The translations under genes were made by a program, and so were the position numbers. A stretch of DNA of 24,000 nucleotides, from the NCBI GenBank assembly GCA_030611665.1, contig JAUWPI010000018.1, positions 1 to 24,000 on the forward strand, written 5' to 3'. Origin of the DNA: Candidatus Heimdallarchaeota archaeon. Its GTDB lineage: Archaea > Asgardarchaeota > Heimdallarchaeia > Heimdallarchaeales > Heimdallarchaeaceae. Every line of letters starts with the position of its first letter. Position 1 is the first letter of the stretch. Below the pieces are notes generated by a model. The model searched no databases. It saw only the letters and a list, made by a program, of their open reading frames with translations, and was not told where the DNA came from. This document shows, piece after piece, positions 7,630 to 16,785 of the stretch.

Positions 7630-8196
7630 TTATACAGCATATACTTTCAATAACAGTACTTCTCTAGCTAAAGATTGGAAGCATCTTTTTACTCCAATAC
7701 CCTCTACTGCAATTGTTTCATATATTGGAATGTTTGTGCCTAAGTCTAAAGCATCTACCAATTCCCTTTTGTCCATTGCATCGGGAGCATCTCTCTTATT
7801 TAATGCAATAACGATTGGGATCTCTCCTCCAATCTTGTCTCCCATCTCCTTCTTCAATTCTTCTGCAGATTCTATATTATCAGCTAACATAGCTCTTGAT
7901 GAATCTGCAACAAATAATAATCCATCTACACCTTTCAAAACTAGAGATCTTTGGTGTCTGTGTCTTCTTTGCCCAGCAACTGTGTATATGTCTAGAATAA
8001 CAGAAGATGTTGCCATAAATGGGCTAAAATCAAAGTAAATTGTCCTTCCTGAAGGATCTTCAATGCTATTTAAACCCCCCTTCTTTATCCCAGTAACATC
8101 AGTATGTAGTCTTCTAAGTAATGTGGTCTTTCCGGAAAGGCTTGGTCCAACAAAAACCAGCTTAAAATGCATTTTTCCCGAAGCGTCTTTTCTCAT
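7630..8196 (-). CDS. MglA-family small GTPase (Ras superfamily)
   Basis: G1: 'GPSLSGKTTL'. Switch I: 'GRTIYFDFSPF'. G3 variant: 'IYTVAGQ', with T in place of D as in MglA. Also 'RSLVLKGVDGLLFVADS'. G4: 'LNKRD'. It lies directly downstream of a Roadblock/LC7 gene on the same strand. Confidence 0.85.
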   Translation of the reverse strand: MRKDASGKMHFKLVFVGPSLSGKTTLLRRLHTDVTGIKKGGLNSIEDPSGRTIYFDFSPFMATSSVILDIYTVAGQRRHRHQRSLVLKGVDGLLFVADSSRAMLADNIESAEELKKEMGDKIGGEIPIVIALNKRDAPDAMDKRELVDALDLGTNIPIYETIAVEGIGVKRCFQSLAREVLLLKVYAV

Positions 8197-8255
8197 CTTA
8201 CTTTGGCCTCATCACATATGTTGCGTGTTAGTATGGCATCTGGGTTATTTCTTCT

Positions 8256-8558
8256 TTATTTCCTTTTTTCTCGTAACACTATCAATACATACTCATTTTC
8301 AGGTGCAACTAAAATTTCACCATGACTTGTATCTAGTGTGAAGAAGTTTAAGTGACCTTCTTCTAGTTCTGTTACTACTGCTTTGGCACGGCCTACTAGT
8401 GAAGCAACAAGAGCAGAAACGTTTTCTCTCATTTCCATACTAAGGTTTTGTGTGCTTGATATTGGTAAACCATCATTACTAGTAATTATCACTCCTCTAA
8501 CTCCGGGATGTGATTCGAGAGATTTAAGCGTCTCTTCAAATTGTTTTTGTGATATCAT
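8256..8558 (-). CDS. Roadblock/LC7 (MglB-like) domain protein
   Basis: 'GVRGVIITSNDGLPISS...ALVASLVGRAKAVVTELEEGHLNFFTLDTSHGEILVAPENEYVLIVL' is the canonical Roadblock/LC7 pattern. AGGAG lies 9 nt upstream of the ATG. The gene ends 59 nt upstream of the GTPase gene. Confidence 0.85.
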   Translation of the reverse strand: MISQKQFEETLKSLESHPGVRGVIITSNDGLPISSTQNLSMEMRENVSALVASLVGRAKAVVTELEEGHLNFFTLDTSHGEILVAPENEYVLIVLREKRK

Positions 8559-8816
8559 TCTATAAACTCCTTTAATGCAGCTATCTTTTCGGTATCTTCT
8601 TTTTATAACTTATTAAGGCTGTTATATATTTAGGACATTGTGTTTTTAAAAACTTATGATAGTTTCTGCAATATCTAGGAAACACATTCATTTTTTACCA
8701 TTTTGATTGTGGACATGACATTAGGAAGTTTTACATCACTATTTTTCAATAAGATTTAATTAAAGATGCCCGTATAGTTTACATACTAAGAACAATTACA
8801 ATCGTGTTGTTAAACA

Positions 8817-9494
8817 ATGTCAGAGAATAAGGCATCACAAGAAAAGATTAAAGTTCTTTCAAGATTGAGATATCACAAGGTTGGGTTAACCGAGAGAATG
8901 AAACAAGCATTTCTAAATGTTCCTCGCGAAGAATTTGTTCTTCAAAAACATAGAGAAAGCGCTTATGTTGATACTCCTCTACCTATTCTAGCGGGACAAA
9001 CTATTAGTGCTATTCATATGGTTATGATTTATGTTTCTCCTCTCTGCACTGATCCCCAAATTGGAGATAAGGTACTTGAAATAGGTGCTGGGAGTGGGTA
9101 TAATGCAGCTATGTTTGCAGAAATGGTTGCTCCAGAGGGCTGTGAAAATCCAGGACATGTTTATGCCATAGAGATTGTACCTAAACTTGTTGAGTTTGCA
9201 AAAGAAAACATCGATAGAACAGGTTATTCAGATAGAGTTACTATCCTTGGAGGTGATGGAGGGATTGGTCTTCCTGAAAATGCTCCTTATGAAATTGTTT
9301 CTATCGCAGCTGCAAGTAAAAAGATTCCTCCTCCTCTTCTTGAGCAAGTTGCCATTGGTGGAAAAATGGTTTTACCAGTTGGTAGAAGTTTCTATCAAGA
9401 GCTTATTCTAATAACAAAGGAAAAAGATGGAAGTTTCTCTGAAAAGAATCTCGGAGGAGTTGCTTTCGTCCCCCTCACAGGAAAATATGGGTAA
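8817..9494 (+). CDS. pcm: Protein-L-isoaspartate O-methyltransferase
   Basis: 'AFLNVPREEFV', 'GQTISAIHMVMIYV', and SAM motif 'VLEIGAGSGYNAAMFAEMV', followed by 'VYAIEIVPKLVEFAKENI'. Confidence 0.9.
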   Translation: MSENKASQEKIKVLSRLRYHKVGLTERMKQAFLNVPREEFVLQKHRESAYVDTPLPILAGQTISAIHMVMIYVSPLCTDPQIGDKVLEIGAGSGYNAAMFAEMVAPEGCENPGHVYAIEIVPKLVEFAKENIDRTGYSDRVTILGGDGGIGLPENAPYEIVSIAAASKKIPPPLLEQVAIGGKMVLPVGRSFYQELILITKEKDGSFSEKNLGGVAFVPLTGKYG

Positions 9495-9559
9495 TTTCAT
9501 TAATCGAAAACAAGTTTTTAAATCTTAAAATATAATTGTCATCGCTAGGTTGTTAACAT

Positions 9560-10597
9560 ATGGGTGTAAAAAAAATCAGTGATTTGTTCAAAGGAACTCC
9601 GGTTGAGCTAGAACAATTAAGACAAAAGAAACTAGCTGTTGATGCGTTAAATATTATTTATCAGTTCTTGGCTTCAATTAGAGGATATGATGGTAGCCTT
9701 CTTTCTGATTCAGAAGGTTTTGTAACAAGTCATTTAACAGGACTTCTCTATAGAAATGCTCGGCTCTTAGAAATGGGAATTCAACTTTCTTATGTATTTG
9801 ACGGTAAACCTTCCAAGCTAAAACGAGAAGAAATAAAGAGAAGAGCTGAAGTTAAGCGCAAAGCAAGAGAAGAGTTGGAGGAAGCTTTGGAAAGAGGAGA
9901 TATGGAACGGGCTAAAACTGTAGCACAACGAACTAGTGTTGTTACTTCATCAATGATTGACGATAGCAAGAAGCTGTTGAGACTAATGGGTATTCCTGTT
10001 ATCGAAGCTCCAACAGAAGGGGAAGCTCAAGCAGCATATTTAGTTCAGAAGAAGAAAGTTTGGGCTGTAGCTTCTCAAGATTATGATAGTTTACTATTTG
10101 GATCTCCCATACTTGTAAGAAATCTAACTCTCTCAGGAAGAAGGAAATTACCAAGATCAAATCGATATATTACTGTAAATGTAGAGGTTTATCACCAACA
10201 TGAATTGCTTCAAGCTTTGAAGCTGACCAAAGAACAGTTAGTTGATATGTCCATACTAATAGGAACCGATTTCAATCCAGATGGTGTGAAAGGAATAGGA
10301 CCAAAAACTGCCTATAAATTTATAACTAAACACGGAAGATTGGAAGATGTTATTTCTAATGAAGAATCAGTTGTTCTTGATGTAGATATTGATGCTATCC
10401 GTGATATTTTCTTAGATCCTGAAATTAACGAAGACTACACTCTTGATTTCAAACCAATTGATGTAGAGGGTGTTACTGAATTCCTGTGTGAAGAACGTAG
10501 TTTCAATAAAGACCGCGTAGTAGGCACTTTGAACAAAGCTAGAAAAGGGCAAGATTCTGCTCTTAAGCAGAAAAGTTTAGATGCTTTCTTTAGTTAA
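9560..10597 (+). CDS. fen: Flap endonuclease 1
   Basis: N-domain: 'MGVK.ISDL...AVDALNIIYQFLASIRGYDGSLLSDSEGFVTSHLTGLLYRNARLLEMGIQLSYVFDGKPSKLK'. I-domain: 'EGEAQAAYL...ASQDYDSLLFG'. H3TH: 'LIGTDFNP.GVKGIGPKTA'. C-terminal PIP box: 'QKSLDAFF'. Confidence 0.95.
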   Translation: MGVKKISDLFKGTPVELEQLRQKKLAVDALNIIYQFLASIRGYDGSLLSDSEGFVTSHLTGLLYRNARLLEMGIQLSYVFDGKPSKLKREEIKRRAEVKRKAREELEEALERGDMERAKTVAQRTSVVTSSMIDDSKKLLRLMGIPVIEAPTEGEAQAAYLVQKKKVWAVASQDYDSLLFGSPILVRNLTLSGRRKLPRSNRYITVNVEVYHQHELLQALKLTKEQLVDMSILIGTDFNPDGVKGIGPKTAYKFITKHGRLEDVISNEESVVLDVDIDAIRDIFLDPEINEDYTLDFKPIDVEGVTEFLCEERSFNKDRVVGTLNKARKGQDSALKQKSLDAFFS

Positions 10598-10605
10598 GGT
10601 TTTTA

Positions 10606-11853
10606 ATGTTCATTTCATTCAATTCTTTTATCAAACTAGGTTCAAATAGAAATTTGTCAAAAGCGGAGCTTTCTCAAATATTAGACTCCCTAAGGATTGA
10701 ACAAGTCAAATATCAAGATTGGAAAGATTATATTCTCTTGAATTTAGGGAAAAATGCTCAGAAGAAACTTGTAAAAAAGCTAGAACAAACAGGGAGCATA
10801 ATCAAATTTGGTAATATTGAGTTCAAAGTTGGGGTTTCTGAAAAAAAAGAATTGAATGATAACCTAGTGAAAATTATTGATGGAATATTCATAAAATATC
10901 TCCCTAAGCGACAAAGGCAATTGAAATTGTCATTAAACATTCGAACCAATGATGAAACTCAAAAGTCAGAATTAAGTAAAGAAATGAGGAAAATCATACG
11001 TAATATTTCTCAAGAAAAGCGCTTACCTGTAAAAGTTCTACCCACGAAAAAAGTGGCTTATGAGCTTACCCCATTTGATTACAATAAAGAGAATCTTCCA
11101 TCAAGAGGCATTGAACTTAATTTATTTGTTATAAAATCAAAAATCTATTTTGGTCCTACAAGATGGGTAACTAATCCGTTTAAGGACATTAAACAGGATG
11201 AAGAACGACCCGTGCGTTTCTTCACCCATGGAACATCAATCAAATTATCTCGTACATTAGTGACATTAGCTAATATCCCGTTTGATGGTATAATGCTAGA
11301 TCCTTTTTGTGGTACAGGAACAATACTTATTGAGGGTTTAAAGCAAGGATTGAAAGTTATTGGTGTTGATAAAGATCAAAAATGTGTCCGCTCTTCAAAA
11401 ACAAATCTACATCATTTTTCTGAGAAGCATCCAAGTCGTGAGAAAATGAAAGATAAGTGGAGAGTTCACTTACACGATTCGCGGAAATTAACAGATGCTG
11501 TCAAGAAAAGAGTTGATGGTGTTGTTACTGAACCATTTTTGGGCCCTTTTTTCAAACGCTTACCTCAAATTGAGGAAGCACAATTCATAATGAAAAACTT
11601 AGAACGACTCTATACTCGAGTTTTAGCAGAATGTAAGAGTTTACTTAAAGATGGTGCTAGAATATTATTTATCATGCCCGAGTACAATTATTCTCTAAAA
11701 AGATCTGTTTACCCTAACATCAAATCAATTTGTGAAAAAGTTGGTTTGATATCTCTAGAGGAAAGCAAATTTTTCAATATAAAATTCCCCGTTGAAATAG
11801 GTAGAAAACATAATGTAATCGCAAGAAAATTATTTATTTTTAAAAGCAAATAA
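10606..11853 (+). CDS. SAM-dependent RNA (guanine-N2) methyltransferase, Trm11/TrmG10-like (UPF0020) family
   Basis: SAM motif I 'MLDPFCGTGTILIEGL' is typical of UPF0020/Trm11-type methylases. 'VVTEPFLG' sits where the (D/N)PPY-type motif IV is expected. The ATG lies 8 nt after the fen stop, so the two are probably co-transcribed. I could not verify the N-terminal 200 aa as a THUMP domain. Confidence 0.65.
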   Translation: MFISFNSFIKLGSNRNLSKAELSQILDSLRIEQVKYQDWKDYILLNLGKNAQKKLVKKLEQTGSIIKFGNIEFKVGVSEKKELNDNLVKIIDGIFIKYLPKRQRQLKLSLNIRTNDETQKSELSKEMRKIIRNISQEKRLPVKVLPTKKVAYELTPFDYNKENLPSRGIELNLFVIKSKIYFGPTRWVTNPFKDIKQDEERPVRFFTHGTSIKLSRTLVTLANIPFDGIMLDPFCGTGTILIEGLKQGLKVIGVDKDQKCVRSSKTNLHHFSEKHPSREKMKDKWRVHLHDSRKLTDAVKKRVDGVVTEPFLGPFFKRLPQIEEAQFIMKNLERLYTRVLAECKSLLKDGARILFIMPEYNYSLKRSVYPNIKSICEKVGLISLEESKFFNIKFPVEIGRKHNVIARKLFIFKSK

Positions 11854-11881
11854 AATAGGAAGAAGAAGTAAAAAGGTTGAA

Positions 11882-12820
11882 TTAAAACCTTAGTGTTATC
11901 TTAAGCGCCCCTTCCTTACAAGCGTCTATACATTCACCACAATTTGTACAAGCCTTATCTGTTATATTCTTGTCGTACGACAGTATTGATACTTGTACTG
12001 GACATGCTTTCTCACAATCATTACAACCACTTGTACATCTGTTTTTGTTTATTTTCAATCCCAGAATGCTGAATTTACTAAAGAACCCAAGTATAATTCC
12101 TGTTGGACAGAACCATCTGCAGTAGGCTCTTGGATACAAAGTTATCAAAACTAAAACAAATAGTAGTATAGCTAATCGTAAGAAGAATAAGAACTCCCAT
12201 TGACCTATCTCTGCACCAACAGATTCACCTTGAATTCCCCATTTAAGATAATAATAGAGCGTTGCGAAAATAGTTGATACAGGGTCAATAGTACTGAATG
12301 GCATATCTCTTCCTGCTCCCCAAGCAGTTTTTGTGTGAGGATCTGAGTTAGCCCATGAAGCACCGATAATAACTGACATTAATATTATGAAAACAACTAA
12401 TACTAATCCTACTTTTCCTAAGCTTTTGTTTGTAGGTCTTGAAACCTTTTTCTTTTTAATCGGGATATAACTGAACATATCTTGTGTTGCACCAAAGGGG
12501 CATATCCATCCGCATGTGGTTTTTCCGAAAATAGTACCCACAAGAATGAAGATTGAAATTGCAAGATAAGGGAACATTCCAAATGTTACTGCATATTGTA
12601 GAGCTTCAAACGCATTCCATACAGTTGAAAAAGGTCCTCCAGTAGGATATTCGATGGGTAATATCACTGCCATTCGACCTAAACCAAAAACTGCACCATT
12701 TATCAGTCCAAAACTTATAACTTGGACTAAAATCCTTGTTATTCGTATCCGGTGCTCGCTTATTGGACGAAGAGCTAATGAAATTTTATTCTTTTTTTGT
12801 TTTGTTGCCATAGTCATCAC
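11882..12820 (-). CDS. Membrane-bound polyferredoxin, NapH/MauN-like 4Fe-4S protein
   Basis: Multiple TM helices. Two membrane-proximal motifs: 'CGWICPFG' and 'CRWFCPTG'. The C-terminus carries 'CTSGCNDCEKACP' and 'CTNCGECIDAC' ferredoxin-type clusters. Confidence 0.8.
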   Translation of the reverse strand: MMTMATKQKKNKISLALRPISEHRIRITRILVQVISFGLINGAVFGLGRMAVILPIEYPTGGPFSTVWNAFEALQYAVTFGMFPYLAISIFILVGTIFGKTTCGWICPFGATQDMFSYIPIKKKKVSRPTNKSLGKVGLVLVVFIILMSVIIGASWANSDPHTKTAWGAGRDMPFSTIDPVSTIFATLYYYLKWGIQGESVGAEIGQWEFLFFLRLAILLFVLVLITLYPRAYCRWFCPTGIILGFFSKFSILGLKINKNRCTSGCNDCEKACPVQVSILSYDKNITDKACTNCGECIDACKEGALKITLRF

Positions 12821-12829
12821 TTCAATAAA

Positions 12830-13033
12830 TTAAGTAAATGGTGGTGGTCTTGGAAAACCTGTAGTGTAAGTATCTAGAAAGTCTATAATATTAGCTTCAG
12901 TAAATGTTTTAATAGCTGCATAGTGGTCTATCTGGTTTTGTACGATAGCGGTTAATAAGAAAATTAATCCAATAGACAAAAAGAATATCACGTATATCCT
13001 GCTTCGAGTGTTCATGATAACTGATGACATCAA
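12830..13033 (-). CDS. Small single-TM protein, hypothetical
   Basis: 67 aa with one hydrophobic helix (IYVIFFLSIGLIFLLTAIV). It ends 9 nt upstream of the NapH-like gene on the same strand. There is no homology evidence. Confidence 0.45.
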   Translation of the reverse strand: MMSSVIMNTRSRIYVIFFLSIGLIFLLTAIVQNQIDHYAAIKTFTEANIIDFLDTYTTGFPRPPPFT

Positions 13034-13121
13034 AAAAATTACGTATTAAAAACTTTGCTTTGAATATATCTTTAACTCACAAACATCTTGTCTTGGTCAA
13101 TAAAATCATCTTATTAATGAA

Positions 13122-13448
13122 ATGAGCATAATGCTTCTATCTATCAAAACTCATTTAAAGTTCAAATCTTCTATGTCCATTATGAGTTCAGACAAAATGT
13201 GGAAAGTCACACCTTTGAAATCTTGTATATTGACGATTTTAGAAAAAAGGGGTGGAGTACTATTAGAAGGTGATTTGGAAAATCCCCTCAGAGAGATGTA
13301 CGGCGATTTCAGTGACTCTGAGCTAAATAAGGCACTGATGACTCTTGAAAATCAGGGTTTGATTCACGTTAGCTGGATCTCAAAAACTCGTAGAAGAATA
13401 CACAAGATGACAAAGGATATGGACTTTTTAGCTGTTGGAGAAGATTAA
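13122..13448 (+). CDS. Small winged-helix-like protein, hypothetical
   Basis: 'CILTILEKRGGVLLEGDLENPL...SELNKALMTLENQGLIHVSWISKTRRRIHKM' reads like a helix-turn-helix plus a beta wing. The start is ambiguous, with several in-frame ATGs between 13122 and 13197. Confidence 0.45.
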   Translation: MSIMLLSIKTHLKFKSSMSIMSSDKMWKVTPLKSCILTILEKRGGVLLEGDLENPLREMYGDFSDSELNKALMTLENQGLIHVSWISKTRRRIHKMTKDMDFLAVGED

Positions 13449-13606
13449 GAATAGGAAAATCATAATTGTTTTGAATTGTCAAAATCACTTCATAGGTATT
13501 AAATACCCAAATCTCCAAATTATCTATGTGAAATGGGGAATAAAACAAACATTATAAAGTCCAAAGTTTAAGAAAAAACAAGCGTAAAAAATGGTCAAGA
13601 TTGTCT

Positions 13607-13612
13607 GAGGAG
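13607..13612 (+). promoter_or_regulatory. Shine-Dalgarno-like element for cdc48
   Basis: GAGGAG lies 5 nt upstream of ATG 13618. An ATTATAAA TATA-like element is at 13551..13558. Confidence 0.4.
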
Positions 13613-13617
13613 TTAAA

Positions 13618-15804
13618 ATGGCCGATAAAGAAATTACATTAAGAGTTGCTGAAGCAAAGCAACGAGACGTTGGAAGAGGCAAAGTACGTTTAGATAGTAT
13701 GGCAATGTCAAAAATTAGTGTTTCAACAGGTGACATTGTTGAAATTGTTGGTAAACGTTCTACTACTGCAGTAGCTTGGCCTTCCTACCCTGAAGATTTG
13801 AAAAAAGAAATAGTCCGCTGTGATGGTGTAATTAGGAGGAATGCAGGAGTTTCGTTAGGAGATAAAGTTGTTGTCAAAAAAGCAAAGGTAAGTGTTGCTA
13901 GACAAGTTACTTTAGCTCCTGAACAAATGTCAGTAAATATTGATTTTAGTTTCGAAAATTTTGTGAAAAGAAAGCTCCTTGGTCAACCACTTTCAAGAAA
14001 AGATACAGTCTTAATACCAATTCTTGGTAGAGCAATTCCTTTCAATGTTGTTACTACAGTCCCTTCTGGAATTGTAGTTGTTACTGAAAGCACACAACTC
14101 AAAGTAGCTGAAAAACCATTACTTGAAGGAGAAAAAACTGCTCCTAGCATTTCTTATGAAGATATTGGGGGCTTACACCAAGAAATCCTTAAGATTCGAG
14201 AAATGGTTGAACTCCCACTTAAGTTCCCACAGCTTTTTGAAAAACTAGGTATTGATCCACCAAAAGGTGTTTTACTTCATGGTCCTCCTGGCTGTGGAAA
14301 AACCTTAGTAGCTCGAGCCGTCGCAAATGAATCAGAGGCTCATTTCATTGTTATTAATGGTCCTGAAATTATGTCAAAGTTTTATGGAGAATCGGAACAA
14401 CGTTTACGAAGTATTTTCAAAGATGCTGAAGACAATTCTCCAAGCATTGTGTTCATTGATGAATTAGATGCAATAGCACCAAAACGTGAAGACGTAACAG
14501 GTGAGGTTGAAAGAAGAGTAGTTGCGCAATTATTAGCATTAATGGATGGGTTAATAGCTCGTGGTCAAGTCATTGTTATTGGCGCAACTAATCGTCCTAA
14601 CGCGGTTGATCCTGCTCTTCGTCGTCCAGGACGTTTTGATCGAGAAATCGAAATACATGTTCCAGATAGAGATAGTAGAGAAGAGATTCTTCTCATCCAT
14701 ACGCGTGGAATGCCTTTAACTCAAGATGTTGATTTGAAAGCATTAGCAAATGTTACCCACGGTTATGTTGGTGCAGATTTGGAAGCTCTAGCTCGTGAGG
14801 CTGCAATGAAAACTCTAAGAAGGGTTTTACCTTCTGTTAATCTTGTTGAAGGAAGTATATCTTCTGAAGTTCTAGACCAACTTGAAGTAACACATGATGA
14901 CTTTTTGTCCGGTTTTAAGGAAATTACTCCAACAGCAATAAGAGAAGTTTATATAGAATCGCCCAACGTCCCATGGACTGATGTTGGTGGTCTTGCTCAG
15001 GCAATTACTGATATTCGAGAAGCTATAGAATGGCCTCTTACACAAAAGGATTCTTTCAAAAGAATTGGTATCAAACCTCCAAGAGGGATATTGCTTTATG
15101 GACCTCCAGGTTGTGGAAAGACTCTTCTCGCAAAAGCCGTTGCTACAGAATCTGAAGCTAATTTCATCTCTATTAAAGGTCCTGAAGTGCTTTCAAAATG
15201 GGTGGGCGAAAGTGAGAAAGCTATTCGTGAAGTTTTCCGCAAAGCTCGACTTGCAGCACCTTCAATAATTTTCTTCGATGAAATTGATTCTTTAATTCCT
15301 GTGAGAGGAACGTCTTCGGATAGTAATGTTACAGAGAGGGTTATCAGTCAGTTATTAACAGAATTAGATGGATTGGAAGAGCTAAAGGATATAGTCGTTC
15401 TTGGAGCTACAAATAGACCCGATATAGTAGATCCAGCAGTTTTAAGACCTGGTAGATTTGACAGATTGATTTTTGTAAACCCTCCTAACCAAAAAGGTAG
15501 ATTGCAAATTTTCAAGGTTTATACTCGTGATATGCCACTCGCATCTTCCGTTTCAATAAAAGAATTAGCATCAGTAACCGATGGTTTTGTTGGTAGTGAT
15601 ATTGAAGCATTATGCAGAGAAGCTGGTATGCTAGCCCTTCGAGAAAGTTTTGAAATTGAAACTGTAACTATGACCCATTTCAATAATGCTCTTGAAAAAA
15701 TACATCCCACTGTTACACCTGATGTTATTAAATACTACGAAAAAATCAGCGAAAAGTTCAAGCGTCCAAGTCAAATTACAAGTCCAAAGATTGGTTACAC
15801 TTAA
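13618..15804 (+). CDS. cdc48: Cdc48/VCP/p97-type AAA+ ATPase (N domain plus D1 and D2)
   Basis: Cdc48 N domain: 'LRVAEA...[11 protein letters not shown]...GDIVEI.GKR.T.A'. Two Walker A motifs ('GPPGCGKT' twice). Walker B: 'IVFIDELD' and 'IIFFDEID'. SRH: '[18 protein letters not shown]' and '[20 protein letters not shown]'. The protein ends in ...KIGYT. Confidence 0.95.
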   Translation: MADKEITLRVAEAKQRDVGRGKVRLDSMAMSKISVSTGDIVEIVGKRSTTAVAWPSYPEDLKKEIVRCDGVIRRNAGVSLGDKVVVKKAKVSVARQVTLAPEQMSVNIDFSFENFVKRKLLGQPLSRKDTVLIPILGRAIPFNVVTTVPSGIVVVTESTQLKVAEKPLLEGEKTAPSISYEDIGGLHQEILKIREMVELPLKFPQLFEKLGIDPPKGVLLHGPPGCGKTLVARAVANESEAHFIVINGPEIMSKFYGESEQRLRSIFKDAEDNSPSIVFIDELDAIAPKREDVTGEVERRVVAQLLALMDGLIARGQVIVIGATNRPNAVDPALRRPGRFDREIEIHVPDRDSREEILLIHTRGMPLTQDVDLKALANVTHGYVGADLEALAREAAMKTLRRVLPSVNLVEGSISSEVLDQLEVTHDDFLSGFKEITPTAIREVYIESPNVPWTDVGGLAQAITDIREAIEWPLTQKDSFKRIGIKPPRGILLYGPPGCGKTLLAKAVATESEANFISIKGPEVLSKWVGESEKAIREVFRKARLAAPSIIFFDEIDSLIPVRGTSSDSNVTERVISQLLTELDGLEELKDIVVLGATNRPDIVDPAVLRPGRFDRLIFVNPPNQKGRLQIFKVYTRDMPLASSVSIKELASVTDGFVGSDIEALCREAGMLALRESFEIETVTMTHFNNALEKIHPTVTPDVIKYYEKISEKFKRPSQITSPKIGYT

Positions 15805-15929
15805 GTAGCACTTTCTACTTTTCTTTTCTTTTATGTTATAGCAAATTCCTTTATCATCTTGATATGATACTTAAAATAGATTTTTAAGCGCATTGAGGTA
15901 ATTATAATATTGTAGGGTTGTACAAATAT

Positions 15930-16781
15930 ATGATTGGATTCTACATAGTAAACAAGGATGAAATGGAAGTACTTTTTTGTCGTCCCCTTGCGATTCAAAA
16001 AGAGGATCAAGAGGTAGACGAGATAGTTAGATTTTTACTTCAATTTTACTCTGAAGCCGAAAAAAACCCCAACTTAGACGAACTTCAAGTTATGAAGTTT
16101 GGTAACACAAAAATTCTGTTTAAGTGTAAATACTCATTCTTATTTGTCTTACTTAGCCCTCCAAATTATTCAACGGAAATGATTTCTTCTCAATTGTTTT
16201 TCTTCATGAAACTTTTTTTAAATGCATTCGAAGTTAAAGACGAAAATAGTTCAACTGAATTCCTGAAAGAGTTAGAAGGGATTAAAAGACGTGAATTATC
16301 AGAATCACTTTCTCACTCCTTTTTGTTGTGGAATGTTTTGGATCTTCATATTGAGGATATTGATAAAAGGAATCTGGTAGAGGTGTTTGAAAACATCTTA
16401 AACTCTATCTGGATTGGGATAAAGAGCTATATAGAGGAAAGAAACACTATGAAAATTGAAGATTTTTATGAAAAGTTCAGTGAAAATTTACAAGCTTATT
16501 TAGAAGAAAATTATTCTTATCTAAAGGAAGTTTATTCTCTGACGCTTGAAGAAGGATTTGATATCAGTGATGTTGATACAAAGAAAATTACAACAAGCGA
16601 GATTAAGAGAGAATTTATTCACTTTCTTAAGTATATGCTAGATTGTTTACAAAAGGAGATGGGAGAAGAAGGATTTAGATACATAATTGCTCAGAGAGTA
16701 CCTGTAGCAATTAAAGTAGAATGGCAAAGGTTGGATGGATTAGGTTTGATTCAAGATATACTAGATGTGGTGTGGAGGTAA
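15930..16781 (+). CDS. Hypothetical protein with an N-terminal longin-like domain and a helical C-terminal half
   Basis: The track starts at TTG 15918; I prefer ATG 15930 (MIGFYIVNKDE...). The N-terminal ~100 aa are 'IGFYIVNKDEMEVLFCRPL...DEIVRFLLQFYSEAEK...LQVMKFGNTKILFKCKYSFLFVLLSP...MISSQLFFFMKLFLNAF', a beta-beta-alpha-beta-beta-beta-alpha pattern. The stop TAA (16779..16781) is 4 nt before the GTPase ATG. Confidence 0.6.
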   Translation: MIGFYIVNKDEMEVLFCRPLAIQKEDQEVDEIVRFLLQFYSEAEKNPNLDELQVMKFGNTKILFKCKYSFLFVLLSPPNYSTEMISSQLFFFMKLFLNAFEVKDENSSTEFLKELEGIKRRELSESLSHSFLLWNVLDLHIEDIDKRNLVEVFENILNSIWIGIKSYIEERNTMKIEDFYEKFSENLQAYLEENYSYLKEVYSLTLEEGFDISDVDTKKITTSEIKREFIHFLKYMLDCLQKEMGEEGFRYIIAQRVPVAIKVEWQRLDGLGLIQDILDVVWR

Positions 16782-16785
16782 AAAG

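Noticed and set aside
13122-13448. Small winged-helix protein as ribosomal protein S25e or an ESCRT-II-type winged-helix subunit
   Set aside because: Only the generic helix-turn-helix-wing pattern ('LNKALMTLENQGLIHVSWISK') is shared. The lysine-rich N-terminus of S25e and the tandem winged-helix architecture of ESCRT-II are both absent. It stays annotated as a hypothetical winged-helix protein.
13524-13736. 70-aa minus-strand ORF spanning the cdc48 start region
   Set aside because: It overlaps the cdc48 ribosome-binding site and the first 40 codons of a highly conserved gene. There is no motif support, so it is most likely a shadow ORF.
16765-16785. Upstream ATG (16765) as the start of the Rab-like GTPase, which would give a 17-nt overlap with the longin-like gene
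   Set aside because: ATG 16786 has a GGAGG element at ideal spacing. It leaves a normal 7-residue lead-in before the beta1 strand and P-loop. The MWCGGKK extension has no support, although it cannot be excluded without data.
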